64,000 nucleotides of DNA from Minisyncoccota bacterium (GTDB taxonomy: Bacteria; Patescibacteriota; Minisyncoccia; Phycocordibacterales; Phycocordibacteraceae): the NCBI GenBank assembly GCA_017991635.1, contig JAGOQE010000001.1, forward strand, positions 550-64,549, given 5' to 3'. Each line of letters starts with the position of its first letter. Position 1 is the first letter of the stretch. The notes under the pieces are model-generated. The model was not told where the DNA came from. It searched no databases and saw only the letters and a program-made list of their open reading frames with translations. The position numbers and the translations under genes are program-made. Positions 1-8,566 of this stretch are shown here, one piece after another.

Positions 1-210
1 TCACATGCGTACAAGCAGTACGGTGAATTTCTTAAAAATGAAGGGGAGCGCCTTCGTTCTACTCCTATCTGCTCTGATTACCTAGAATTCTACGGTAGAA
101 ACGTAAATAATGAGTACGAACTCTTCGAGTCAATTCGAAATGACGAACTTATTCACCGTAACCGCTCTATCCGCCATATTGAGGAACGCGCGTATAACCC
201 CTTCGCATAG
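1..210 (+). CDS. 3' fragment of an unidentified CDS; open frame 1 from the window edge to TAG at 208-210, C-terminus ...EERAYNPFA
   Basis: Own translation of frame 1 has no internal stops across 69 codons. Not in the ORF track because it has no start in the window. No recognisable motif. Confidence 0.3.
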   Translation, partial: SHAYKQYGEFLKNEGERLRSTPICSDYLEFYGRNVNNEYELFESIRNDELIHRNRSIRHIEERAYNPFA

Positions 211-237
211 TCATTATAAGACGTATACTTTATCTAT

Positions 238-1368
238 ATGCAAGAAGCACCAACACAAGAGACCGTAGTAGAGGAACCACATAACTCGGTAGCTGTACAC
301 ACGAACACGCTCCCTAAAGCCTTTACCCTTATCAGAGAATCAATTGCGTACTATAAACAGCACTTCGCAACACTTATTGGCTTGGCAGGAATTTACACCG
401 GAGTGTCATACGGGGTGGCCTTCCTCATGGTGGCAGTGGTCGGAATCGGTGGCGTTAGCCTACTCTTGTTCGGAGGCGAACTTGGAACACCTGGCAGTCT
501 TATTGCTCTCGTTGGTGGAGTTATTCTTCTTCTCCTTCTACTTGTCGCCGGAGTATGGTTTATCACGTGGGCACTGATTGCTCTTATGCGTAGCATGCTC
601 TCGAAGGACAGTGTGCTTAGCGTGCATGAGTCATTTACCCAGGCAAAACCTCTTGTGTGGCCCTTCCTGGTCACTTCATTTTGGTCTGGACTCGCCTCGC
701 TTGGCGTTATCGCGCTGACGATACTTCTACTTGGGATTCTGATTGCCCCTCTCGTCCTACTTGGAAACACCACCCTCCTTATTATTGGAATGGTTATCGG
801 CCTCATTGTACTTGTTGCTTCTATCATTGTTGCAAATACATGGTTTATCTTTGCGCAATGGTTAGTGGTTGATGGAAAAGCAGAAGGACGTGAAGCGACT
901 GCCCGCTCCAAAGAACTCAGCAAAGGAATATTCAGTACGGTACTTGGACGATACCTTGTTATTAGCATCGCCTATGCAATTCCGGTCATCGTTGTCTCAC
1001 TACTGTGTGAAGTAGCTATCCCAATTGTTGGTCCCTACCTCTCACAAGCTATAGGAATTTTGGTCTTCCTTCCTATACTTCTCATTGTTATGGCGCGCTT
1101 CTATCAATCCCTAAGCGACGTTCAAGGCAAGAACCTTGATACCACAAAGAAAGGCGCCCGGGAGATCACCGTACTTTCAGTGGTTGGGCTCGTCTCTCTT
1201 ATTGTGTTCGTATTTGCAACGGTCTTTGTACTCATGGCAGCGGGTCCAGAAATATTCTCTGCTATTGAAGAAGAGTACCGCAATGGTGCGCGCGGGCCTG
1301 AAAATGGCGCCCACATGATGCCTGAACCAACTACTGAAACCCCAGATGTACTGGAAGTGACTGAGTAA
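238..1368 (+). CDS. polytopic integral membrane protein, function unknown
   Basis: 376 aa with many long hydrophobic segments and Gly/Leu/Ile-rich helices. Acidic C-terminal tail. No catalytic motif recognised. Confidence 0.6.
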   Translation: MQEAPTQETVVEEPHNSVAVHTNTLPKAFTLIRESIAYYKQHFATLIGLAGIYTGVSYGVAFLMVAVVGIGGVSLLLFGGELGTPGSLIALVGGVILLLLLLVAGVWFITWALIALMRSMLSKDSVLSVHESFTQAKPLVWPFLVTSFWSGLASLGVIALTILLLGILIAPLVLLGNTTLLIIGMVIGLIVLVASIIVANTWFIFAQWLVVDGKAEGREATARSKELSKGIFSTVLGRYLVISIAYAIPVIVVSLLCEVAIPIVGPYLSQAIGILVFLPILLIVMARFYQSLSDVQGKNLDTTKKGAREITVLSVVGLVSLIVFVFATVFVLMAAGPEIFSAIEEEYRNGARGPENGAHMMPEPTTETPDVLEVTE

Positions 1369-1371
1369 TAA

Positions 1372-1400
1372 AAAAGCCCCTTGGACAAGGGGCTTTTTTA
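1372..1400. terminator. bidirectional rho-independent terminator between convergent genes
   Basis: A-run, then hairpin gcccctt-ggac-aaggggc, then T-run. Sits between the stop of the + gene (1368) and the stop of the - gene (1401). Confidence 0.6.
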
Positions 1401-2048
1401 TTACTGTGGTTCGGGAATTGGAGCGTTTGGACTCACTGTTCCGCTACTGAAGAGTCTTTGATATTTACTCAAAACGTCAGTACGTAGCTTAATAAGATCT
1501 GTCTTGCAGTTATTAACGATAACGGTTGCTGGAATAGATGCGTCTTGAGAAAGAAAGCTCTCAACTTCGCACAATTCACCCTTTAGGGCAGTCCATGATT
1601 TCTGAGAAGTCACAAACTTTCGTGCAAGACTCTCTACTTTGCTTGCATCCCCTTGGCTGTTTCTCCCATACTCAATTGCTGAGGAAAGTACTGAAGCAAA
1701 CACTGCCGACAATTTTTCATCTGCTTCAACGAGTTGAATCTTTGAACACGACTCTTGGTCGGACACTGACTCACCCTTACACACGGTCTCTTCCTGCTCA
1801 CGTAGTGACGGGTCAATGGTCTCTGGAAGATACGTGTACGTAATTTTACCAACACCTCCCTCAATAGGACGTTCGTATTCCTGAGCATCAAACGCCGACT
1901 CAAGCGCACGAACCTCAATAGCTTTCTGATACTTCATACCAAGATAGAACGTAATCGTTGGAATTATTCCAAAAAAGAGTACGAGCGCGAGCAGGCGCAT
2001 AATGTTTGTTGGCTGACCTGAGACTGTTGCGTCATTAAATTTCATCAC
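1401..2048 (-). CDS. membrane-anchored hypothetical protein (N-terminal TM helix, extracytoplasmic Cys-containing domain)
   Basis: 215 aa. Hydrophobic helix near the N-terminus (LLALVLFFGIIPTITFYLG). Cysteines in the C-terminal half. Convergent with the previous gene and shares its terminator. Confidence 0.5.
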   Translation of the reverse strand: MMKFNDATVSGQPTNIMRLLALVLFFGIIPTITFYLGMKYQKAIEVRALESAFDAQEYERPIEGGVGKITYTYLPETIDPSLREQEETVCKGESVSDQESCSKIQLVEADEKLSAVFASVLSSAIEYGRNSQGDASKVESLARKFVTSQKSWTALKGELCEVESFLSQDASIPATVIVNNCKTDLIKLRTDVLSKYQRLFSSGTVSPNAPIPEPQ

Positions 2049-2100
2049 TTTCAGTATACCCTTTTACGTTACCGCATTTGATATATGTGTTGATAGAAAC

Positions 2101-3993
2101 CTACCAGCTACCGCCTCCACCTCCTCCACCACCACCGCCTGACGAACCTCCACCGGAAGAACCTGACGAACTACCGCTTGAGCCTGCGGGTGCTGAGGTG
2201 AGTGCGTAGGTTGCCTGCGTGGCAAACGTGCCGAGATCAGTAGTAAAGCTCAGGGCCGTAAACGAGTGAGAGAAACTTGAAACTCCGTAGGTGTCGGTGT
2301 ACCAAGAAGGCGGTGATGAGTAGACCCCTTCAAATTCCTTTGCCCACTCTTTCTCAAGACCAAAAATCATGGCGAACGGAAGGAGTTTTTCGAAGGTCTC
2401 CGGGGTCTTTGCTGGTGCATTGTGGAACTTTATTCGCTCATCCTCTGCCGCATCAATGTATTCCTTAAGTCCTTTGAGCATTCGTTCCTTTTCAAGACCT
2501 GCCTGTGTGAGACGAGCTCCCGCACCGAACACGACGGCAAGGAGTCCGAACAGTATCATTGAAAGAGAGAAGGCAGCACCAAACTTCACTCCAAGAAGAA
2601 TCCACACAAACACTCCTGGGTTAACTGCAAGGAAAAGCGATATAAATAGTATGCTTTTCTTAGTTGACGGCAGACGATTCTTTGCTGATCCATTCTTTAA
2701 TGTGTCTTCCAGATAGCCCTTTCTAGTTAGTGATTCGACAATCTCTTCTTTTATCAGCTCGGCTGTTATGTAGAACGTAAGAAGCAAGTCGCCACTTGTT
2801 TTGCCAGCCACTCCCTCAAGGAGAGTCTTATTGAAAGACGAGAGGTCGACTCTATCTTTACCCGTATCGATGAACTCGTAGTTGTTATCGCCATTCTTCA
2901 CAATGCGTATATACCCTGCAATGGCGAGCCAGATAAGCTCAGCTGACAAGTCTTCATTTTTAGGAGCACCTCTCACGAGAACACCTGCCTCAAGAGGTGT
3001 CAGTGTCCCCGCATCATACTCAGGAATAATTGAGGTTGTCCTGTAATACCGGTAACGTCTCAATACGTATGCAATACGCTTTCGATACACCAGAAAGCCA
3101 ACTAAAAATGGTACGGCCAGATACCAGTATCCTACGTAATACATCCATGGTGGAGGTATGGTGCCAACCAGAGCAACCGTACCCTTAGGGAAACCCACCG
3201 CAACGGTCATGCCTCTTCCTATGGAGAGCTGCTCTTCGGACTCTTCTGGCATTACGTAGTGAACTGTCGTTCTTCCTGTACCTTCCTCCACACCTACTAC
3301 AGGCTCACTACACGGTGTCTTCTTTCCAAACTTCCCACAATAGGAGGCAAGATGTAATTCCTCTACAGAAATGAACGTGGGCAGAACAAGCGTCACGTTC
3401 GCTGTAGAAATAGGCACATTCCAATCATTTCCCGTAACATTCCAATAAAATTCATCTCTATCGGAGAAATAACCGACTGCACGTTCTGCAGTATAGGAAA
3501 TCGTGTACACGTGCATACCGGTGACGTACGCCTCTGGATCACCAATCTTCACATTCACACTGTCTTGAGGAGTCCCAAACAAGCTATCGAAATTAGAGCC
3601 GAAGAGTGCATCAAGCCACGGATTCGGCTGTACCAGCTTTCTGCCAAAATTCTCAGAAGAATATTGAGTACCCTCTCCAGCATAGTCCGAAGAAACCTCT
3701 AGCCCAGAAAGCATTAGCTCACCCGTTGTTCCTTGTCCGCGAGTGAGAGGAATGGTGCGGTAAATACCATGCCTATTATTTTCCTTAAAATCGTAGGTAA
3801 TAGTTTCAGAAACTTCAGCAGTAGCGTCTGATGCAAGACGAATCACGACGTCGTACGCAAGAATTTGCTCCTGAGCTTCATCACCCTCTACCTCAGGTAT
3901 AGGAGAAGTTGCGTTCTCATAAACTATGAAGCCAACGAGGGCAAGAAAAAGTACGAGTGGGATAAACCGAGTAAGTTGCTTTTTCTGTTTCAT
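2101..3993 (-). CDS. DUF2207-like large membrane protein with C-terminal Gly/Ser-rich tail
   Basis: 630 aa. N-terminal signal/TM, a large extracytoplasmic domain, several TM helices in the C-terminal third, and a terminal SSGSSSGSSGGGSSGGGGGGGGGGSW low-complexity tail. This architecture is typical of the DUF2207 (YciQ-like) family, recalled from memory. Confidence 0.55.
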   Translation of the reverse strand: MKQKKQLTRFIPLVLFLALVGFIVYENATSPIPEVEGDEAQEQILAYDVVIRLASDATAEVSETITYDFKENNRHGIYRTIPLTRGQGTTGELMLSGLEVSSDYAGEGTQYSSENFGRKLVQPNPWLDALFGSNFDSLFGTPQDSVNVKIGDPEAYVTGMHVYTISYTAERAVGYFSDRDEFYWNVTGNDWNVPISTANVTLVLPTFISVEELHLASYCGKFGKKTPCSEPVVGVEEGTGRTTVHYVMPEESEEQLSIGRGMTVAVGFPKGTVALVGTIPPPWMYYVGYWYLAVPFLVGFLVYRKRIAYVLRRYRYYRTTSIIPEYDAGTLTPLEAGVLVRGAPKNEDLSAELIWLAIAGYIRIVKNGDNNYEFIDTGKDRVDLSSFNKTLLEGVAGKTSGDLLLTFYITAELIKEEIVESLTRKGYLEDTLKNGSAKNRLPSTKKSILFISLFLAVNPGVFVWILLGVKFGAAFSLSMILFGLLAVVFGAGARLTQAGLEKERMLKGLKEYIDAAEDERIKFHNAPAKTPETFEKLLPFAMIFGLEKEWAKEFEGVYSSPPSWYTDTYGVSSFSHSFTALSFTTDLGTFATQATYALTSAPAGSSGSSSGSSGGGSSGGGGGGGGGGSW

Positions 3994-4023
3994 ATAAAGA
4001 GAGTCATGGATTCTTAATACGTA

Positions 4024-4392
4024 TTACTCACTGCGCGTCCAGACAACATCATGAACGGTACCGAATGCAACTATCCTAACTTCTTCTGGAACAAAAAGCT
4101 TGTAGGTAAAGCTCCCTGAACATCTTCCCGTTGCAACCCTGTCGCGAACAACTACCACTACTAGGTCCTCGTATTTCCTTTCAGTAATACCGGTTACACA
4201 CTTTGCTGAATTCATGTCTAGACCCGAAAGAGTGAGAACGACTGAACCGTCAATCACCTCTTCAGTCACCCTAAATCCGGCAACTTGATTCAATGGGAGT
4301 CCTGCACCATACATGAATATGCCCGAAGCGACCAAGAAAATCACAATAATTACAACCGCTATGACAGTAAGAATTGTGGCCACCTTCTTCAT
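4024..4392 (-). CDS. small membrane-anchored protein, hypothetical
   Basis: 122 aa. N-terminal TM (ILTVIAVVIIVIFLVASGIF). No motif recognised. Confidence 0.4.
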   Translation of the reverse strand: MKKVATILTVIAVVIIVIFLVASGIFMYGAGLPLNQVAGFRVTEEVIDGSVVLTLSGLDMNSAKCVTGITERKYEDLVVVVVRDRVATGRCSGSFTYKLFVPEEVRIVAFGTVHDVVWTRSE

Positions 4393-4401
4393 GTATACAA
4401 A

Positions 4402-5037
4402 CTATGAAGAAAGGGTCTTTATCTTGAGCGACTTAATGCTCTTCTCCATAATTTTCTTATGTGAAGACCAGTCTTCCTCTGGGGTGAGAAGTTCGATAAC
4501 GTAGCCCACCTCGTCCGTTACGGTAATGAAGTATTTTAGATGCGTTACACCATTTGATGCTTCAACATATGCGCCACTTTTATTACCGACCTTTGCAGTT
4601 CCCTTTCCTGTGACCTTGTATCCACACTTTGAACAAACTACTTCTACATACGCGCTTAGGTCAGAAACGGTTGCGTCTCCCGCGTCGAATCGTTCAATGG
4701 AGATTTGCGCAGTCATCGCATCGTTTACTGCATAGGTGTAGAGGCTCGTGTCATCATAATCGTCGGCGACATACCAGTCCGCAGGAGCTTTAAAGGACAC
4801 ATCACGAAAGTAACTCGTGTAGGTTGTGCCGAGCTTCTTTGCCACTTCAGGAGCGCTATCGTCAGTACTTGCACCAAGAACGGCGGGGATATTTGGAATA
4901 CGTGACTTTGAAACCTCTTCTTTGAGATAAATTTCGTCAGTAAACAAATCGAGTTTAGGGAGTTCACTTGCCTTTACTCCTTGAGGTACAAGAGCCACCA
5001 AGGCAAGGATAGGAAGAATAATGAGGGTTCGTTTCAT
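4402..5037 (-). CDS. secreted protein with signal peptide, hypothetical
   Basis: 211 aa. N-terminal signal-like segment MKRTLIILPILALVALVPQGVKA. No catalytic motif. Confidence 0.5.
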   Translation of the reverse strand: MKRTLIILPILALVALVPQGVKASELPKLDLFTDEIYLKEEVSKSRIPNIPAVLGASTDDSAPEVAKKLGTTYTSYFRDVSFKAPADWYVADDYDDTSLYTYAVNDAMTAQISIERFDAGDATVSDLSAYVEVVCSKCGYKVTGKGTAKVGNKSGAYVEASNGVTHLKYFITVTDEVGYVIELLTPEEDWSSHKKIMEKSIKSLKIKTLSS

Positions 5038-5153
5038 GAAAAATACGCTAGGCAGTAATAGGACGGATGTACCGTACCTTAAGCATACCGAGTAAAACGC
5101 CCAAGAAACCTAATATCCCCAGCACACCAGCATCATACAAATGACATCAGCTC

Positions 5154-7538
5154 CTACCACCAGACTCCGTCAGTAGACTCCTGCTTCATAGAGGCACGCG
5201 TTAGTGGGCCGAAATAGCCTACAGATGGAGCAACTTCTTTCGATGCCTGATACTTTGCAAGTGCATTTCTAGTGAGCACGCCAAAGTAATCTGTCTCATT
5301 ACCAGGTGAACCTGCACCACTCACAGCAAGCGTAAATCCAAGAGTATTGAGAAGTTTCTGAAGTGATTTTACATCTTCCCCACTCATGCCAAGTGTAAGG
5401 TCACGCACTGAATGAGTTGACGAAGGTGTTCCCTGTATTGTGCCCGAAATGACCGGCGTTGCCGTTGTAAATAATTTAGGCCAGCGAGCCATAAGTGCTT
5501 GAGCCTCACGAACCTTGCCCATTCTTATAAGAGTTCTTACTTGACTCTGCACTGTACTGAAACCTAGCCCATTAACACTCGGAGAAGCAGGTTCACCGAA
5601 AATAGCAAACGTCGAAAAACTTGGTGTAGTACAAGAAATAGTATTTTCAGATTCATTGACCGAACAGTCATCAAGTGCTTCCCATACATCGTCATGATAG
5701 TGATGCATGACGAGCGTGCTTTCATCAAGACCCACAATGTCAGTGTCGGTATAGGTATAGGTAATCGTGACCGGAGTATCAAATGAATCTAGTGTGGTGA
5801 TGTTATCAATCAGCGCTGTGACATCAAACACAACACTTGCTGCGCTTGTGAGCGAAGCAGGCTTTCCAATAGAGCCAAGAACAGTCTCGGCGTTCTGAGC
5901 CCTAATTTGAATGACTACTGACGTACTCGCATTCGTAAAGTTTGCTGGAGTAGTAACACCTAGTGTACGTCCAGTATCAGTGAGCGTTGTACTACCTTGA
6001 GCACTGACTGTTATTGGTGTTGTGGTTGCTGAGGTTGGCACAGCTCCACCATTACACCCAAGCGTGGTAAACATGGCACTTGTAGAGGTGGCGTAGTTTG
6101 ATGAAGCATCACCTGAAACCACCTTGTAATTATATGTAGTACATCCAAGCAAATTGCTCAATGTTCTGCTGTGACTTGTTACTCGCGGACTCGTGTCAGT
6201 TTCAGATGTGGTTGAAGCAAACGAATTATTTGCTGAGTACACAATCTTTGTAGAAGCAATTTCATCAGTAGTCCAGGTAACTGATGCTGTCGTGGTCGCA
6301 ATTGAAGATGTAGCTACTGAACTTATTATTGGTGCTGTTATATCAGCCACGGTAAATGCCCATGTGGTTTTTGATGAAATACCGTCAAAGTTATTTTCTG
6401 AGGCATCTCGAAAAGCCGTTGAGGGGACGACTACGTACAGTTGCGTACCTTCTGGGAGAGTTACACTTGGATCAATAGTTACCGTTGTTGTTGCGCTTGC
6501 TGCCACTTGAGAACCTGATGCGTCAATACTTTCAATAACACTATCGTCATCGTACTTTCGAATTTCAATAGTGCCAGTATTCTTTGATACCGCTTTGCTA
6601 AAGCCAACTACAAGATTTGCGCTTGGACTTACACTCGTTGCACCGTTTGTTGGAGAAAGTGAAGTGACCGCAGGAACGTCGGCGGTGACAATTGAGATGT
6701 TTGCAGCAACAACTGTTGGCAAATTGCCAGCAGTTCCATACTCAACCACATATCCTGAAAGGGTCATTCCTGTACAGGGCAAGTCATTCCACTTCCCTGA
6801 CGCGGAGTAGTATTGAGCACAGTCTTCATTACTTCCCGAGTCATTAGGCTCTCCTGAGTTCCAGTTAGCGTACTGGCCGACAACTACACTACCACCGGAC
6901 GCACCATTCCAGAACGTGGTTCCGTTCTCCGGTCCCGTTACCCATTTCCACACTCCTTCGCTTCCAGAATCGCTTGCGCCAAACCACCCATCCGCAGTAA
7001 GACGTGCTGCAACGAAGGCGTTCTCGGCCGAATCAGCAATGGTGGCGAGATAGCCACTCACCCCGTACGCTGTCTGTCCTTCCGCGGCAGTTTTCGCAGC
7101 AGTCCAAGTCAATGAGTTAGAAATAAACTTATACAAATGGTTATTTTCTGTGTAAAAGACCTCTCCTCTATTTACGAGCGACACCTCAAGTGTGTCGGTG
7201 CCCGTAGAGGCTCGAGTATATTTAAGTGTTGAAAGCGCATTATTAATGTTTGCTACAGTTCCACTAAAGTAAATAACAGAGCCTGAAGAACTGCCATCAA
7301 ACGTGAGGCCAGTCGTCGTGGTCATGGAGAGTGTTCCATTTGTGGTGTAGAGCTTTACTGGAGTGGTGGAGGCGTTATCCCCCACAACCTGAAAACCTGT
7401 TATAGAAGTTGCGACGTTTGGAGTGGTTGTCGCATTACTGCCACTAGTAAGAGTTAAGGCAGCTTCTGCACGAGGAACTACCGCAACCAAAAGAAGCGTT
7501 AGAAAAAAGAAACTCCTAATAACCCTACACGAACTCAT
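5154..7538 (-). CDS. large secreted multidomain surface protein: C-type-lectin-like domain (EPN/WND motifs), Ig-like (Big-type) segment, C-terminal peptidoglycan-binding-like domain
   Basis: 794 aa. Signal peptide (...VAVVPRAEA). The segment WNGASGG...NWNSGEPNDSGSNEDCAQYYSASGKWNDLPC matches the C-type lectin Ca/carbohydrate-site layout: EPN, then WND, then Cys. SPTNGATSVSPSANLVVGFSKAV resembles bacterial Ig-like domains. The C-terminal ...DVKSLQKLLNTLGF...GVLTRNALAKYQ resembles a PG_binding_1 domain. Confidence 0.65.
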   Translation of the reverse strand: MSSCRVIRSFFFLTLLLVAVVPRAEAALTLTSGSNATTTPNVATSITGFQVVGDNASTTPVKLYTTNGTLSMTTTTGLTFDGSSSGSVIYFSGTVANINNALSTLKYTRASTGTDTLEVSLVNRGEVFYTENNHLYKFISNSLTWTAAKTAAEGQTAYGVSGYLATIADSAENAFVAARLTADGWFGASDSGSEGVWKWVTGPENGTTFWNGASGGSVVVGQYANWNSGEPNDSGSNEDCAQYYSASGKWNDLPCTGMTLSGYVVEYGTAGNLPTVVAANISIVTADVPAVTSLSPTNGATSVSPSANLVVGFSKAVSKNTGTIEIRKYDDDSVIESIDASGSQVAASATTTVTIDPSVTLPEGTQLYVVVPSTAFRDASENNFDGISSKTTWAFTVADITAPIISSVATSSIATTTASVTWTTDEIASTKIVYSANNSFASTTSETDTSPRVTSHSRTLSNLLGCTTYNYKVVSGDASSNYATSTSAMFTTLGCNGGAVPTSATTTPITVSAQGSTTLTDTGRTLGVTTPANFTNASTSVVIQIRAQNAETVLGSIGKPASLTSAASVVFDVTALIDNITTLDSFDTPVTITYTYTDTDIVGLDESTLVMHHYHDDVWEALDDCSVNESENTISCTTPSFSTFAIFGEPASPSVNGLGFSTVQSQVRTLIRMGKVREAQALMARWPKLFTTATPVISGTIQGTPSSTHSVRDLTLGMSGEDVKSLQKLLNTLGFTLAVSGAGSPGNETDYFGVLTRNALAKYQASKEVAPSVGYFGPLTRASMKQESTDGVWW

Positions 7539-7639
7539 GCTGAAATTATATCAGACGACTGTGTTGTAATTCCAAACAGATACGGGTACGAGGAAATCTC
7601 TCTGCCGAACCTTCATTACTGACCCACATACAAGTATGA

Positions 7640-7665
7640 GAAAACCGCCTTTCGGCGGTCTCTCA
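7640..7665 (-). terminator. rho-independent terminator downstream of tRNA-Met
   Basis: On the minus strand: hairpin accgcc-gaaa-ggcggt followed by TTTCTCAT, immediately 3' of the tRNA. Confidence 0.45.
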
Positions 7666-7674
7666 TTTACTTGT

Positions 7675-7744
7675 TGCGGGGGCCGGAATTGAACCGGCGT
7701 CTGGAGGTTATGAGCCTCCCGAGGTACCTCTCCTCTACCCCGCT
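7675..7744 (-). tRNA. tRNA with CAU anticodon (elongator Met or lysidine-dependent Ile2; not initiator-like)
   Basis: Reverse complement folds as a cloverleaf. Anticodon stem GGAGG/CCTCC with loop CUCAUAA (CAU). T-arm GCCGG-TTCAATT-CCGGC. D stem GAGG/CCTC. The anticodon stem lacks three consecutive G-C pairs, so it is not initiator. No encoded CCA. Exact ends are uncertain by 1-2 nt. Confidence 0.6.
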
Positions 7745-7987
7745 ATGGTCGTTTCGCACATCTCTCAATATAGCTTGGATTTCCACACTCCCGCCATGAC
7801 CTCAATCCTCTACCCCGCTATATTAGTAGTATAGCCTATTTTATACACAAATCAAGTCTTTGCTCATTCACTAAGCGCTATAAAGGCCAAGATGCGAGGC
7901 GTGGGAAGCGAGGTGCGGAAACGTACTTGTAGTACGGTGGAGCGATGAGCTGGGCCCCACAACAATGCAGGTTGGTCTTTAGTGCGG

Positions 7988-8560
7988 TTAGTGCTGGCCG
8001 AACTCAGCGAATACAGTGAGATATTGATTAATCGTTCTATGCGCCAACCGCTCCGTCAAATCAAACTGCGAACCTTGGTGAGCAATTTCATTTCTTACTT
8101 TATGTGCCTCCCATGCTTCATTAAGTGTGTGGAAACGAGCTGAGTTTGCACCTTTCAATTTGTCACCAATGGTAAACCCTTGAAAACCCTGCTCTTCTAG
8201 AATTTCCGCAAGCATGATGTCTGCCTCAATAATTGCTTGTCGCCAATCGTTCACATTCGTACTCAACATAAGCTCTTTTACGTGAGCAAGACGTGAGACA
8301 TCTACTTGATGATCAGCTTCATGGAAGCCAATGGTGGTGTAGCGTTCTGCATCCTGCAACTGTACCTGCTTCATTTTTAAAATACTGTAGACCAAGACCC
8401 AGAGTGCTAGAAGCGCGACAGCATAACCAATCACGTTTACCATAATCCACGCCTTGGCCATCAGGACTTCAAGGGACGTGAGCGAAGGCTTCCCTGACAC
8501 TAACAGGTAGATAAGTCGAAGAAAATATTCGAGGTTGAGAAAGTGAACTGGACCGTCCAT
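7988..8560 (-). CDS. single-pass membrane protein with C-terminal domain carrying an Rx4H (HEPN-like) motif
   Basis: 190 aa. One TM helix (WIMVNVIGYAVALLALWVLVYSIL). The C-terminal soluble domain contains KVRNEIAHQG, an R-x4-H spacing like the HEPN signature. Assignment is tentative. Confidence 0.45.
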   Translation of the reverse strand: MDGPVHFLNLEYFLRLIYLLVSGKPSLTSLEVLMAKAWIMVNVIGYAVALLALWVLVYSILKMKQVQLQDAERYTTIGFHEADHQVDVSRLAHVKELMLSTNVNDWRQAIIEADIMLAEILEEQGFQGFTIGDKLKGANSARFHTLNEAWEAHKVRNEIAHQGSQFDLTERLAHRTINQYLTVFAEFGQH

Positions 8561-8566
8561 TACTTC

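Noticed and set aside
393-1388. Several 60-190-aa ORFs on both strands inside the 238-1368 membrane-protein gene, and similar shadow ORFs throughout (for example 8586-8891, 10032-10316, 20022-20591, 28005-28688)
   Set aside because: They are nested in or antisense to well-supported longer genes, have skewed composition and show no independent signals.
2101-2190. GGAGG/GGTGG-rich tract at the end of the DUF2207 gene as a possible micro-repeat or ribosome-binding artefact
   Set aside because: It is in frame and encodes the Gly/Ser tail of the protein. It is not an intergenic repeat.
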